This document shows, piece after piece, positions 1 through 11,065 of a DNA stretch of 64,000 nucleotides (position 1 is its first letter; the number at the start of each line of letters is the position of its first letter). The DNA is from Candidatus Limnocylindrales bacterium (GTDB taxonomy: Bacteria; Chloroflexota; Limnocylindria; Limnocylindrales; CSP1-4). Location of the stretch: assembly GCA_038250545.1 (NCBI GenBank), contig JBBSCF010000014.1, positions 7,962 to 71,961 on the forward strand. Reading direction: 5' to 3'. The notes beneath the pieces are model-generated. The model did no database searches. It saw only the letters and a list, made by a program, of their open reading frames with translations, and was not told where the DNA came from. A program made the translations under genes and the position numbers.

Positions 1-1
1 G

Positions 2-343
2 GATGAGCTGTATGTCGAGACCGGCAACGCCCCCTCCGCGCCCGCAGCACGCCCGGTCGTGGGCCAACCGGTCGCCCGGGCCGGATCCGCCTGGAAGGCG
101 CCGAAGTCGACGATGACCGGCTACGCCTCGTTCTACGACAACGGGACCACCGCGATGCGCCTGCCGCGCGGGACGGTGATCCGCATCTGCGGCGCCGGCG
201 GCTGTCTGGAGCGGACCGTCACGGACTACGGGCCCAAGGCCGGCACCGGCCGGATCGTCGACATGAACCGTCCCGACTTCTTCCGGATCTGCGGCTGCGG
301 CTCCTGGTCGGGCACGACCAAGGTCACCATCTCCCTCTACTGA
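2..343 (+). CDS. RlpA-like double-psi beta-barrel (DPBB) domain protein, C-terminal part (5' end outside window)
   Basis: The frame is open from the window edge. The motif GYASFYDNGTTAMRLPRGTVIRICGAGGCLERTVTDYGP...GRIVDMNRPDF resembles RlpA/3D-type lytic transglycosylase-like domains. Confidence 0.6.
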   Translation, partial: DELYVETGNAPSAPAARPVVGQPVARAGSAWKAPKSTMTGYASFYDNGTTAMRLPRGTVIRICGAGGCLERTVTDYGPKAGTGRIVDMNRPDFFRICGCGSWSGTTKVTISLY

Positions 344-397
344 CGCCCGCGGGCCGCGACACCTGGAGCCCCGCCGGGCGGCCCCCAAGCGCGCTAG

Positions 398-2138
<1,741 letters not shown>

Positions 2139-2142
<4 letters not shown>

Positions 2143-3533
2143 GCGAGCTCGCCCCCGACCAGGTCCTGCGCGGCTGGGCGGTGGATCCCGCCGCGGGCCG
2201 CGAGGGTGCCGCCGAAGTGGTGATCCGCGACGGGCTCGTCGAGCGCGTGACGTGGCTCAGCGGTGATGACGCGGCCGGCATCGATCCGAGCGGGACGCTC
2301 ATCCTGCCGGGCCTGGTCGACCTCCACGCGCACTTCCGGGAGCCCGGCAACGAGGACGCCGAGACGGTCGCCAGCGGCCAGGCGGCCGCGGCCCACGGCG
2401 GCTTCACGACCGTCGCGGTCATGCCCAACACCACGCCCGCCATCGACGAGCCGGGCGTGGTCGCCCGGGTTCGCGCGGCCGCGCTGGCCTCAGGCTCGCC
2501 GGTCCGCGTCCTGGTCCACGGCGCTGTCACGGTCGGCCGTGGGGGCGAGACCCTCGCGCCGATGGGCGAGCTGGCCGACGCCGGTGTCGCGGGATTCTCC
2601 GATGACGGGGCGCCGGTCCATTCGGCCCCGCTGCTGCGCAACGCCCTCGCCTACGCGGGGGCCCTGGGCCTGCCGGTCATCGACCACCCGGAGGACCCGT
2701 CGCTCACGAAGGGTGCCGAGGCCTCCGAGGGGTACGTCGCGAGCGTGCTCGGGCTCAAGGGCTGGCCGATCGCGGGCGAGGCCGGGGCCGTGGCGCGGGC
2801 GATCGCGATCCTGGCCGACGTCGTCGCCGATGTCCCCGGCGCGCGCCTTCACCTGACACACGTGTCGACGGCCGCGTCGATCGCCCACGTCCGTGCCGCG
2901 AAGGCCGCGGGCCTGCCGGTGACCAGTGACGTGACGCCCCACCACGTGGCGCTCACGGACGAGTGGATCGCCGGGTCGCGCCGCTGGGCCTGGGAGGCGC
3001 TCGACGACGCCGGGGCCGCGCGCGATCCGTGGACGGACGGCGCCCTGGTCGCGGCACCCTTCGACACGTCGCTCCGCGTCAACCCGCCGCTGCGCTCGCC
3101 GGTCGATGCCGCCGCCTGCCTCGCCGCGCTCGCGGACGGGACGGCCGATGCCCTCGCCACGGATCACGCACCCCACACCGAGGTGGACAAGCACGTCGAG
3201 TTCGGGTGGGCGATCAACGGGATCAGCGGGATCGAGACCGCGCTGCCGATCCTGCTCGCGGCCGTGGACGCCGGGCGGGTGCCGCTCGCGCGGGCGGTCG
3301 AGGCGCTGACCACCGGCCCGGCGCGGATCCTGGGGGAGCGGCAGGGGATCGTCCCGGGCCTCCGCGAGGGTGAGCCGGCGGACCTCGTGGTGGTGGACCG
3401 GGCCGCGACCTGGACCGTGACGCCGGCCTCGCTGCGCTCGAAGGGGAAGAACTCGCCGCTGATGGGTCGCGAGCTGCGCGGCGTCGTGCGGTTGACGCTC
3501 GCCGCCGGGCGGGTGGCGTACAGCGCGGGCTGA
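2139..3533 (+). CDS. pyrC: dihydroorotase
   Basis: LPGLVDLHAHFREPG...DAETV, HLTHVST and ATDHAPH motifs. GTG 2139 overlaps the pyrB stop (GTGA); the longer track ORF from 1719 runs out of frame over pyrB. Confidence 0.9.
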
Positions 3534-3859
3534 TCGACCGGCGAGAACGTGCGTCCCCGGCGCCCGCCGACTCGGTCCCGTGCGTAGGCATACCGCCGTC
3601 CTGGTGCAGGGCTGGGACACGGCATCGTCGGTTCCAAAGGTGACCCTTGTGCGTCGCACCGACGGTTGACCCAGCTGGGTCACGGCACCCGCGACGTCGA
3701 TGATCCAGACCTCGCGCTGGGGCTCACCGTCGATCGGGACCGGGAGGTCCTGGCGACCGGCTCCCGGATCCTTGGGAGTCACGCCTCCGACCCACCCCCG
3801 CCCGGAACGGGGGGGCTGCTCGAGATGGAGGTAGAATTGGGGTAGAAGGAAGGTGTCTC

Positions 3860-4141
3860 ATGACAGACAGCAAGGATCTTGAGACGAAGACCAAGCCGAT
3901 CCCTGTCGGCGATTTCGCGGAAGGCCAGTCGCCGGTCGAGGTGACCACGGGTGAGCTCCGCGGCGACTTCGCGGCAGGGATGGAGGAGAAGGCCCGTCAG
4001 GCGGTCGTCCAGCCCCGTGGAGATTTCGGGGTGGACCACGAGCAGCAGCCGCCCGAGCCGACCGCGGTCCCAGGCGACTTCGCCCGCGGCCAGGAGTCCG
4101 TCGAGCCCGGCAAGGCCGAGCCGGATCCCGACAAGGGCTAG
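3860..4141 (+). CDS. small acidic protein with four GDF(A/G)xG repeats (unknown function)
   Basis: Strong SD (GAAGGAAGG) upstream of the ATG. GDF occurs at aa 17, 35, 54 and 72. A perfect hairpin lies downstream. Confidence 0.6.
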   Translation: MTDSKDLETKTKPIPVGDFAEGQSPVEVTTGELRGDFAAGMEEKARQAVVQPRGDFGVDHEQQPPEPTAVPGDFARGQESVEPGKAEPDPDKG

Positions 4142-4168
4142 CGGCCGGGCGCCATGAGGCGCCCCTGA

Positions 4169-4194
4169 GGTCACGGGGCTGTCGCCCCGTGACC
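4169..4194. terminator. bidirectional hairpin between convergent genes
   Basis: GGTCACGGGGC-tgtc-GCCCCGTGACC, a perfect 11-bp stem, lies between the stop of 3860-4141 (+) and the stop of the decarboxylase (-). Confidence 0.5.
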
Positions 4195-4198
4195 GGGC

Positions 4199-5809
4199 TC
4201 AGCCCTCGGCCAACCGGCGGAGGTCGTCCAGGATCCGGTCGATGTCCGCCTCGGTGGTGAGGTAGTTGACGACGCCCGCGCGCAGGAACGTGCGCCCGGC
4301 GAGGGTCGTGGTGGAGAGCCAGCCGTCGCCGGAGGCCTCGAGCGCGGCCGCCAGCCGATCCTGATGGGCATCGAGCGCCGCGGGTTCCATGGCCGCGGCC
4401 GCCGCCGCCCCGCCCGGCAGGTGCCGGAAGCAGACGACGGACAGCTCCGGCTCGGCGGGGACGGCCTCCAGGTCGTCCGCCTCGGCGCAGCGGGCCGCCA
4501 GGTACGCCGCGATGTCGTCGTTCATCTCTATGAGCCGGCCCAGCCCGCTCGTGCCGAGGTGCTTCCAGCTGGCCCAGAGCTTGAGCGCGCGGAAGCGGCG
4601 GGTGCCCTCGAACCCGAGCTTGTAGAAGTTGAGCTGGCCCGCGTGGGCATCCTCGTGCGAGGCGTCGCCCTCGCCGGCCGGGTCGCCCGAGGGGAGCTCG
4701 CCGCCGCGGTAGTACTCCGGCGAGCGGTCGAAGGTCTGGCGGAGGTGGTCGCCGTCGCGGACGACGAGCGCGCCCAGGTCGTACGCCTGGAAGAACCACT
4801 TGTGCGGGTCCACCGTGACGCTGTCGGCGAGCTCGAGGCCCGGGACACGGCCGGCGTCGCGCGCGGAGAGGCGGGCCGCCCCGCCGTACGCTGCGTCTAC
4901 GTGGAACCACAGCCCCTCGGTTCGCGCCAGGGCCGCCAGCTCCCCCACGAGGTCCACGGAACCGGTGTTGGTCGACCCGGCGACCGCGCAGATCGCGACG
5001 GGGATCCGGCCGGCCGCGCGGTCACGCGCGATCGCGTCGGCGACAGGTGCCGCGTGGAGCCGGTACCGGTCATCGGCCGGCAGGATCACGAGGGTCTCGG
5101 GCGGGAAGCCCAGCTCGTCCAGGGCCCGGGCGATGGAGAAGTGCGTCTGGTCGCCGGTGTAGACCCGGACGTTCTCCAGGCCCGCCCCGCGCGGGGGCCG
5201 CGCGCCGCCGCGGATCGCGCGCAGGTGGACATCGCGGACCAGGGCCATCGCGATGAAGTTCGCCATGACCCCGCCGGACGTGCACAGCCCGAAGCTGCCC
5301 TCGCCGTAGCCCACGAGGTCGCACAGCCAGCGCACGACCTCCTCCTCCACGAAGGCGCCGCCGGGACCGGCGTGCCAGATGTCCAGTCCCTGGTTGGTCC
5401 ATTGGGCGAGGACCTCACCGGCGATCGAGGCGACCAGGGGCGGCGGCGTGAAGTACGACAGGGCGCGGGGGTGATACGAATTGAGCGTGTGGGGGGCGAT
5501 GCGGGCCGTGAACTCGTCGAGGATGCCCTGGAGGGGCGTCGCGTCAATCGGCGCCGGACCTGGGCGGCCGGCCTCGCCGAAGTACAGCTGCCGCAGCTCC
5601 GCGTACCCGGTAGGCACGCCCATCGCGTGGACCATGGCCTCGTCGTAGAGCCAGTCCAGGGAGGCGCGCCATGTTGCTTCGCCGGCGCGCTCGAGGGCGG
5701 CGCGCGAGGCGGCGGCGTCGCGGATGCCGATGAGCTCGGGCTCGGGGTGCCAGCGGAACGCGGCGAGCGGATCGTCCATCGCCGCGAATGATAGGGCGGC
5801 CTGCCACAT
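4199..5809 (-). CDS. group II pyridoxal-dependent decarboxylase (aromatic amino acid/tyrosine decarboxylase-like)
   Basis: SGGVMANFIAMALVRD, VDAAYGG and SVTVDPHKWFFQAYDLGALVV (PLP lysine) motifs. The start is uncertain: GTG 5884, ATG 5809 or ATG 5779. Confidence 0.85.
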   Translation of the reverse strand: MWQAALSFAAMDDPLAAFRWHPEPELIGIRDAAASRAALERAGEATWRASLDWLYDEAMVHAMGVPTGYAELRQLYFGEAGRPGPAPIDATPLQGILDEFTARIAPHTLNSYHPRALSYFTPPPLVASIAGEVLAQWTNQGLDIWHAGPGGAFVEEEVVRWLCDLVGYGEGSFGLCTSGGVMANFIAMALVRDVHLRAIRGGARPPRGAGLENVRVYTGDQTHFSIARALDELGFPPETLVILPADDRYRLHAAPVADAIARDRAAGRIPVAICAVAGSTNTGSVDLVGELAALARTEGLWFHVDAAYGGAARLSARDAGRVPGLELADSVTVDPHKWFFQAYDLGALVVRDGDHLRQTFDRSPEYYRGGELPSGDPAGEGDASHEDAHAGQLNFYKLGFEGTRRFRALKLWASWKHLGTSGLGRLIEMNDDIAAYLAARCAEADDLEAVPAEPELSVVCFRHLPGGAAAAAAMEPAALDAHQDRLAAALEASGDGWLSTTTLAGRTFLRAGVVNYLTTEADIDRILDDLRRLAEG

Positions 5810-5867
5810 GGCGGCGGGCTCGCGGCCGCCCCAAGGATCCGGGTCGGCGTGCCTGGATCGGGCTGCG

Positions 5868-6629
5868 TCAGGCCAGCCCGCCACCGTCGACGACCAGCGT
5901 CGTGCCCGTGACCCAGCTTGATGCCTCGGTGGTCAGGTAGAGCATCGCGCGAGCGATGTCCGCGGGGCTCCCGATCCGGGCCAGCGGTCGATCGGCCGCC
6001 TCCGCGAGAAATGCCGCCTCCGTTTCGCCGAGCTGACGCGCCTCCTCGCGCAGCATGCCCGTGTCGGTGTCCCCCGGACAGACGCAGTTCACCCGGATCC
6101 CTTGCGGGCCGTGGTCGATCGCCATGGCGCGGGTCATGTTGACCACCGCCCCCTTCGAGGCACAGTAGCTGATGGCGCGTGCGCCGCCCTTGAGCCCCCA
6201 GCCTGATCCGGTGTTGACGATGGCGCCGCCGCCACCGGCGGCCATCACCGGCACGGCGTGCTTGGCCATCAGGAACACCGACGAGACGTTGACGGCCATC
6301 ACGCGAGCCCATTCCTCCTCAGTCGTCTCGACCACGTCGGCGCGCCTGATGATTCCCGCGTTGTTGCACAGGATGTCGAGACCGCCATACTTCTCGACGG
6401 CGACCCGCACGGCAGCGAGGCAGTCAGCGGACGATGTCACGTCAGCTCGGACGAACGTCGCCCGACCGCCGCCGGCGCGGATTGCCGCGGCAACCGCCTC
6501 GCCTCCCGCCGCATCCACGTCGACCAGGACGACCCGTGCGCCCTCGGACGCGAGCAGCTCGGCGGTCGCGCGCCCGATGCCCGACGCAGCGCCCGTGATG
6601 ATCGCCCGCTTGCCCTCGGCTGCACCCAT
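5868..6629 (-). CDS. SDR family oxidoreductase
   Basis: ITGAASGIGRA, NNAG and YCASKGAV motifs. Confidence 0.9.
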   Translation of the reverse strand: MGAAEGKRAIITGAASGIGRATAELLASEGARVVLVDVDAAGGEAVAAAIRAGGGRATFVRADVTSSADCLAAVRVAVEKYGGLDILCNNAGIIRRADVVETTEEEWARVMAVNVSSVFLMAKHAVPVMAAGGGGAIVNTGSGWGLKGGARAISYCASKGAVVNMTRAMAIDHGPQGIRVNCVCPGDTDTGMLREEARQLGETEAAFLAEAADRPLARIGSPADIARAMLYLTTEASSWVTGTTLVVDGGGLA

Positions 6630-6674
6630 GCTCGTCCCTCCTGCATGCGCGGCACGTCCGGCCGCATGTCTTGC

Positions 6675-7925
6675 TCAGGCCGGTTCCACCCGGTAGATGG
6701 TGCGCTCCTCGGCGCCCGTGATGATGGTGATGTGACCCGCCAGCTCGGCGTCCAGCTCGGCGTCGCCACAGTCCACGAGCAGCGGCCGTCCGTGGAGGGA
6801 GGCGATCTTCGCGGGTGTCGCGACGACGACGAGGGCCTCGCGGCCTCCGCATGCCAGGATCGCGCGCAGCAGGCTTGGCGACAGCTGCTGGTTGCCACGC
6901 CCGAGAATGAACCCCTGACCGCCGATCGGCGTGACGACGAGCGTGACCGGGTTGCCGGCGGCGACCAGGTCCAGCTGCGCCGAGGTGGCGTCCGCGACAA
7001 CCATCGTCGCGCACACGGTCGGATCGCCCGCGCCATCAGGGCGTGCCGCCACGCCATCGCACGGCGCGACGTCAACGACGTCGACGCCCACCAGTGTCTT
7101 GGCGATGCCCAGCCGATCGGCCACAGCGCGGACCGTTGAGCCCGGCCCGAGGATGCAGCGGCCGCCGGCGGCCAGCCGCCGCGCGACGCCGGCCGCGGCG
7201 CCGGCTGCCGCGGCCACCTCCGACCGCGGGCTGGGTTCCTTGCGGGCCTGCAGGCGGCGCTCGTCGATCGGCACCAGCAGCTCCCCGAACAGGCGGGGCG
7301 CGATCTCGCCGCGGCGGTAGGCCGCCTCGTCGAGATCGAGGACCTCGCGTGGCCCGGTTCGGCGCTGTGACGCGGGAGCCGTGAGGAAGATGGCCGCAGC
7401 GCGTCCGGCCGCCGCGGGGCCCCTGGCGAAGACGGACGACTGCACCTTCACGCCGGCCGGGATTCCCATCACGGGCGTCACCCGGCCCGTGAGCGCCTCG
7501 ACAACGTCCCGCGCCGTGCCGTCCCCGCCCGCGAACAGCAGCAGGTCGATCCCAGCGTCGACGAGCGCGCAGGCCAGCCGTCGGGTGTCGGCCGCGGTGG
7601 TCGGCGCGACACCGAGACTGCCCAGGGCCAGGGCCGGGACGTGCGCAGCCCTCGCGCTGTCGGCCCCCATCACGCCGGGAGCCGTCAGCACCTCCGTGTC
7701 CGCGGTGCCCCGAAGGGCGACGAACGCCCGCAGCGCCAGTGCCGCGCGCTCGGCCGCCTGGGCGACCGCGCCGCGCTCAACAGCCTCCGCGAGGACCGCC
7801 GCGCCATCGGTTCCCTTGAGGCCCACGGCACCACCCATCCCCGCGATGGGGTTGACGAGCATCCCCAGCCGTGGCCGGTTCACGGGGACCCGCGCGGCGC
7901 GTGGCTCGGTGCTCGAGTCAGGCAT
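6675..7925 (-). CDS. ATP-NAD kinase family protein (AcoX-like, about 400 aa type)
   Basis: The GMLVNPIAGMGGAVGLKGTDG N-terminal motif and the GGDGT motif. ATG 7925 overlaps the gcvPB stop by 8 nt; the track ORF starts at 7967. Confidence 0.75.
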   Translation of the reverse strand: MPDSSTEPRAARVPVNRPRLGMLVNPIAGMGGAVGLKGTDGAAVLAEAVERGAVAQAAERAALALRAFVALRGTADTEVLTAPGVMGADSARAAHVPALALGSLGVAPTTAADTRRLACALVDAGIDLLLFAGGDGTARDVVEALTGRVTPVMGIPAGVKVQSSVFARGPAAAGRAAAIFLTAPASQRRTGPREVLDLDEAAYRRGEIAPRLFGELLVPIDERRLQARKEPSPRSEVAAAAGAAAGVARRLAAGGRCILGPGSTVRAVADRLGIAKTLVGVDVVDVAPCDGVAARPDGAGDPTVCATMVVADATSAQLDLVAAGNPVTLVVTPIGGQGFILGRGNQQLSPSLLRAILACGGREALVVVATPAKIASLHGRPLLVDCGDAELDAELAGHITIITGAEERTIYRVEPA

Positions 7926-9507
7926 CCCCGCGCGGCGCCCCGTCGAGGTGCTTCCGGCGGTAGGCACGCCAGGTGATCGCCCACTGCCCGGGGTCGTCGA
8001 GCGGGCTGTGGTCGATGCGGTGGATGGTGCTCCGATGGGGCGCCGAGAGCAGCGTCTCCGGAGCCTCGTGCGCCTCCCGGGCGATCGCGGCGAGGATTGC
8101 CGCGTACTCGTCGAGGTCGCCCATCGAGTACGACTCCGTCGGCTCGAGCGTCATCGGTTCCGGCACGACGTACGGGTGGTGGCTCGTCCAGTAGTGGGCG
8201 CCGAAGTCGGCCGCCCGATACCCGATGTCCTCCGAATGGACGCCCGTGTCCGCTGCCAGCGCCTCCCACGAGTAGCGGACCTGCTCAATGCGGCGCCGCC
8301 CCGTCGCGTAAGGTGCCGAGACGCCTCGGATCTCCAGCACCTTGTGCATCAGGTAGTTGTTGTTGAGGACCGCAGTCTCCGCTACCTCGCGGAGCCCGTC
8401 CGCACCAAGGCTCATCACCCACGCGTACGCCCGCAGCAGGTTCGCGGTCACGCCGTACCAGGGACGAACCTTGCCGATGGACTGCGGCCGGTCGTCGTCC
8501 AGCAGGTAGCGGTCGCCCGCACGCTCGATGGTCGGCCGGGGCAGGAACGGGGCGAGCGCTGCGGACACGCCGACCGCGCCCGCGCCAGGGCCGCCGCAGG
8601 CGTGCGGCGTGGAGAACGTCTTGTGCATGTTGAAGTGGCAGACGTCGAAGCCGGCGTCGCGGGCGCGCGTGATCCCAAGGATGCCGTTCGCGTTCGCCTG
8701 GTCGTACGAGCACAAGCCGCCGGCCTCGTGCACGGCGCGCACGAACGCCTCGATGCGCGGATTGAAGATCCCGGTGTCCTCGGGATTGGCGATCAGCAGC
8801 GCTGCGGTCCGCTCAGAGACGGCGGCTCGCAATGCCTCGAGGTCGGGGTATCCGTCGGCGTCCGGGTAGAGGGTGACGACCTTGTAGCCCGCGACCTTCG
8901 CCGCCGCCGCGTTGGAGGGGTGGCTGAAGATGGTGGTGATCACCTCGTCCCGCTGGGCGCCCTCGCCCCGTGCCTCGTGACAGGCGCGGATCATCGCGAC
9001 GTTCGTCCAGATCGCAGCTGAACCCGATGCGGGCTGCAGGCTGATGCGGTCCATGCCGGAGATCTCGGCCAGCATCCGCTCCAGCCGCCAAAGCATCTCG
9101 AGCGTGCCCTGCACCGTTGCAGGGTCCTGCGCAGGGTGCGTGTCGGCGACCTTCGGGCTGCGGACGAGCTGATCGTTGACCTTGGGCGAGTACTTCATCG
9201 TGCAGGTGCCCTGCCCGACGTCGATGTTCAGGTCGACCCCCAGGGTCTCCTGCGAGAGGCGCAGGTAGTGGCGCAGCACGTGGAGCTGGCTGAGCTCCGG
9301 CAGCGCCGGCAGGGACGCGCGCCCGATGCCCTCAGGGAGCTCCGAGGCTGGGCTGCCGACGAGGGCCGTGATGCCTGGTTCCGCGAGCGGGGGCAGGACC
9401 CCGCGCGCGCCAGGTACCGACTGCTCGAAGATCACGGGCTCGTCCCACGAAGCCTGGTGGAAGCGGCGGGGCGACGGCTTCGGGCTGATCGGAAGCCCAG
9501 CGCTCAT
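7918..9507 (-). CDS. gcvPB: glycine dehydrogenase (aminomethyl-transferring) subunit 2
   Basis: LPELSQLHVLRHYLRLSQ, QGTCTMKYSPK and NMHKTFSTPHACGGPGAGAVGV motifs. ATG 9507 overlaps the gcvPA stop (ATGA). Confidence 0.9.
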   Translation of the reverse strand: MSAGLPISPKPSPRRFHQASWDEPVIFEQSVPGARGVLPPLAEPGITALVGSPASELPEGIGRASLPALPELSQLHVLRHYLRLSQETLGVDLNIDVGQGTCTMKYSPKVNDQLVRSPKVADTHPAQDPATVQGTLEMLWRLERMLAEISGMDRISLQPASGSAAIWTNVAMIRACHEARGEGAQRDEVITTIFSHPSNAAAAKVAGYKVVTLYPDADGYPDLEALRAAVSERTAALLIANPEDTGIFNPRIEAFVRAVHEAGGLCSYDQANANGILGITRARDAGFDVCHFNMHKTFSTPHACGGPGAGAVGVSAALAPFLPRPTIERAGDRYLLDDDRPQSIGKVRPWYGVTANLLRAYAWVMSLGADGLREVAETAVLNNNYLMHKVLEIRGVSAPYATGRRRIEQVRYSWEALAADTGVHSEDIGYRAADFGAHYWTSHHPYVVPEPMTLEPTESYSMGDLDEYAAILAAIAREAHEAPETLLSAPHRSTIHRIDHSPLDDPGQWAITWRAYRRKHLDGAPRGDA

Positions 9508-10901
9508 GAGAGCTCCTCCGCAAGCTCGGCGACCAGCCGATCGATGTCGTCCTTCGTATGCACCTCGGTGACGGCCAGGAGCGCCGCCTGGCCCAGCGCC
9601 GGCTGCTCCCGCGAGAGGTCGTAGCCAAGGAAGATGTCCCGAGCGAGGAGCGCGGACGCGAGCTCGGCGACCGTGCGGCCGGTCCTCGTCACGTCGAGCA
9701 CGAATTCCTTGACGTGGGGCACCTTCGCGAATGGGACGCTGACCCCGGGCAACGTCGCCAGTCGGGTCATGGCATAGCGCGTGTTGGCCATCATCACCTC
9801 GCCCAGCTCGCGCATGCCCTGGGGGCCCATGAGGGCGAGGTAGACGCCCGCGGTGATTCCCCAGAGAGCGGCGGCCGTGCCGACCCACTCCTTGCCCTCC
9901 TCGCGGACGGCGAATGAGGTGCGCTCGTAGGCGACGTCACCGAACCCGTACTCACCGGCGACCGCCGTGGGCGCGATGCCGAACAACCGCGAGGGGTACT
10001 CCATGACGACAGCCGGATCATCGGCGCTCGCGATGAAGCCGCCGTGGCCGCCGCCGTACTGCTGGTGGATGCCAAGCGGCTGGATGTCGCCACAGTCGAG
10101 GTCCGCGCCCCAGGAGGCGGGCGGCGCCAGGACGCCCAGCGTCGACGGATCGACCGAGACCACCGCGAGGGCGCCCGCCCGATGTGCCAGCCACACGATG
10201 GCCGGGCCGCCCACCTCGACCGTCCCGAGGAATGTGGGGTTCTCTACGAATACGCAGGCCACGTCGTCGCCGAGGGCAGCTTCGAGGGCGGTGAGGTCCA
10301 GGGTGCCGGTCGACGGATCGAACGGGACGAGTTCCACGGCCACGTCCGGGCGGACGTAGTCCACGACCTTGGAGCGCTTGTCCGCCGACACCGAAGCGGC
10401 CACGAGCGCCCGGCGCCGGCCCGTGAGTCGGGCCGCCATGCGGATCGCCGTGCCGGCCGCCTGGAAGCCGTCAGAGGTCGGGACGTTGACGACGTCGCGG
10501 TCCAGCAGCTCGCCCATCATCGACTCGTACTCGAACAGCGCCTGGAAGCGGCCGTGATCCTCGTACGGCTCCCCGGCATATGCCGTGAGGAACTCACTGC
10601 GTGAGCCGACCTCATCGCAGACGGCGGGGACGTGGTGCTGGTAGCAGCCGGCCCCGAGGAAGCTCAGCGCCTCCCGTGTCGATATGTTGCGGTTGAGCAG
10701 CCCCTCGACGTGCCGGACGAGCTCAACCTCCGACCGGAGCGGAGATGGCAGGTCCAGCGGGCGCCGGAGCCGGATCGACTCCGGGACGTCGCCATAGAAG
10801 TCCTCGACGCTCCCTGCCCCAACGGCCTCGAGCATCCGAGCCCGGACCGTTGGGATGGCGTTGGGGATGTACGGGTGGACTCGCCGCTGGACGTCGTCCA
10901 T
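9504..10901 (-). CDS. gcvPA: glycine dehydrogenase (aminomethyl-transferring) subunit 1
   Basis: HPYIPN...MLEAVG, FLGAGCYQHHVPAV, EFLTAYAGEPYE and QALFEYESMMGEL motifs. ATG 10901 has a GAGG SD upstream. Confidence 0.9.
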   Translation of the reverse strand: MDDVQRRVHPYIPNAIPTVRARMLEAVGAGSVEDFYGDVPESIRLRRPLDLPSPLRSEVELVRHVEGLLNRNISTREALSFLGAGCYQHHVPAVCDEVGSRSEFLTAYAGEPYEDHGRFQALFEYESMMGELLDRDVVNVPTSDGFQAAGTAIRMAARLTGRRRALVAASVSADKRSKVVDYVRPDVAVELVPFDPSTGTLDLTALEAALGDDVACVFVENPTFLGTVEVGGPAIVWLAHRAGALAVVSVDPSTLGVLAPPASWGADLDCGDIQPLGIHQQYGGGHGGFIASADDPAVVMEYPSRLFGIAPTAVAGEYGFGDVAYERTSFAVREEGKEWVGTAAALWGITAGVYLALMGPQGMRELGEVMMANTRYAMTRLATLPGVSVPFAKVPHVKEFVLDVTRTGRTVAELASALLARDIFLGYDLSREQPALGQAALLAVTEVHTKDDIDRLVAELAEELS

Positions 10902-10987
10902 GATCTCGCCTCGATCGTGCCGTTGGGCTCGTGGTGAGCGCGACCGGGCCTGTCCCGCTGGCGCCGGGCGATGATAATGAGTTACGG

Positions 10988-10995
10988 TTTCGAAA
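10988..10995. promoter_or_regulatory. A/T-rich palindrome TTTCGAAA in the gcvPA/deoR divergent region (operator candidate)
   Basis: A perfect 8-bp palindrome inside GGTTTCGAAAGCAACCG. It stands out against the GC-rich background. Confidence 0.2.
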
Positions 10996-11065
10996 GCAAC
11001 CGGCGCGGCAAACCGCAAGATTGCGCCGTTCCGCGCCGTGACGTTGCCAGGGAGGAAGCGAGGCC

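Noticed and set aside
3534-3859. A possible small minus-strand gene (the N-terminus of ORF 2490-3782) or a carA remnant after pyrC.
   Set aside because: The ORF continues antisense into pyrC. There is no recognisable motif and no carA-like translation in any frame, so I treated it as non-coding.
10902-11065. A glycine riboswitch upstream of gcvPA.
   Set aside because: Reading the reverse complement, I could not find the conserved GGAGAG...CACCGAAGGGGCAA-type cores. A covariance-model scan would be needed to be certain.
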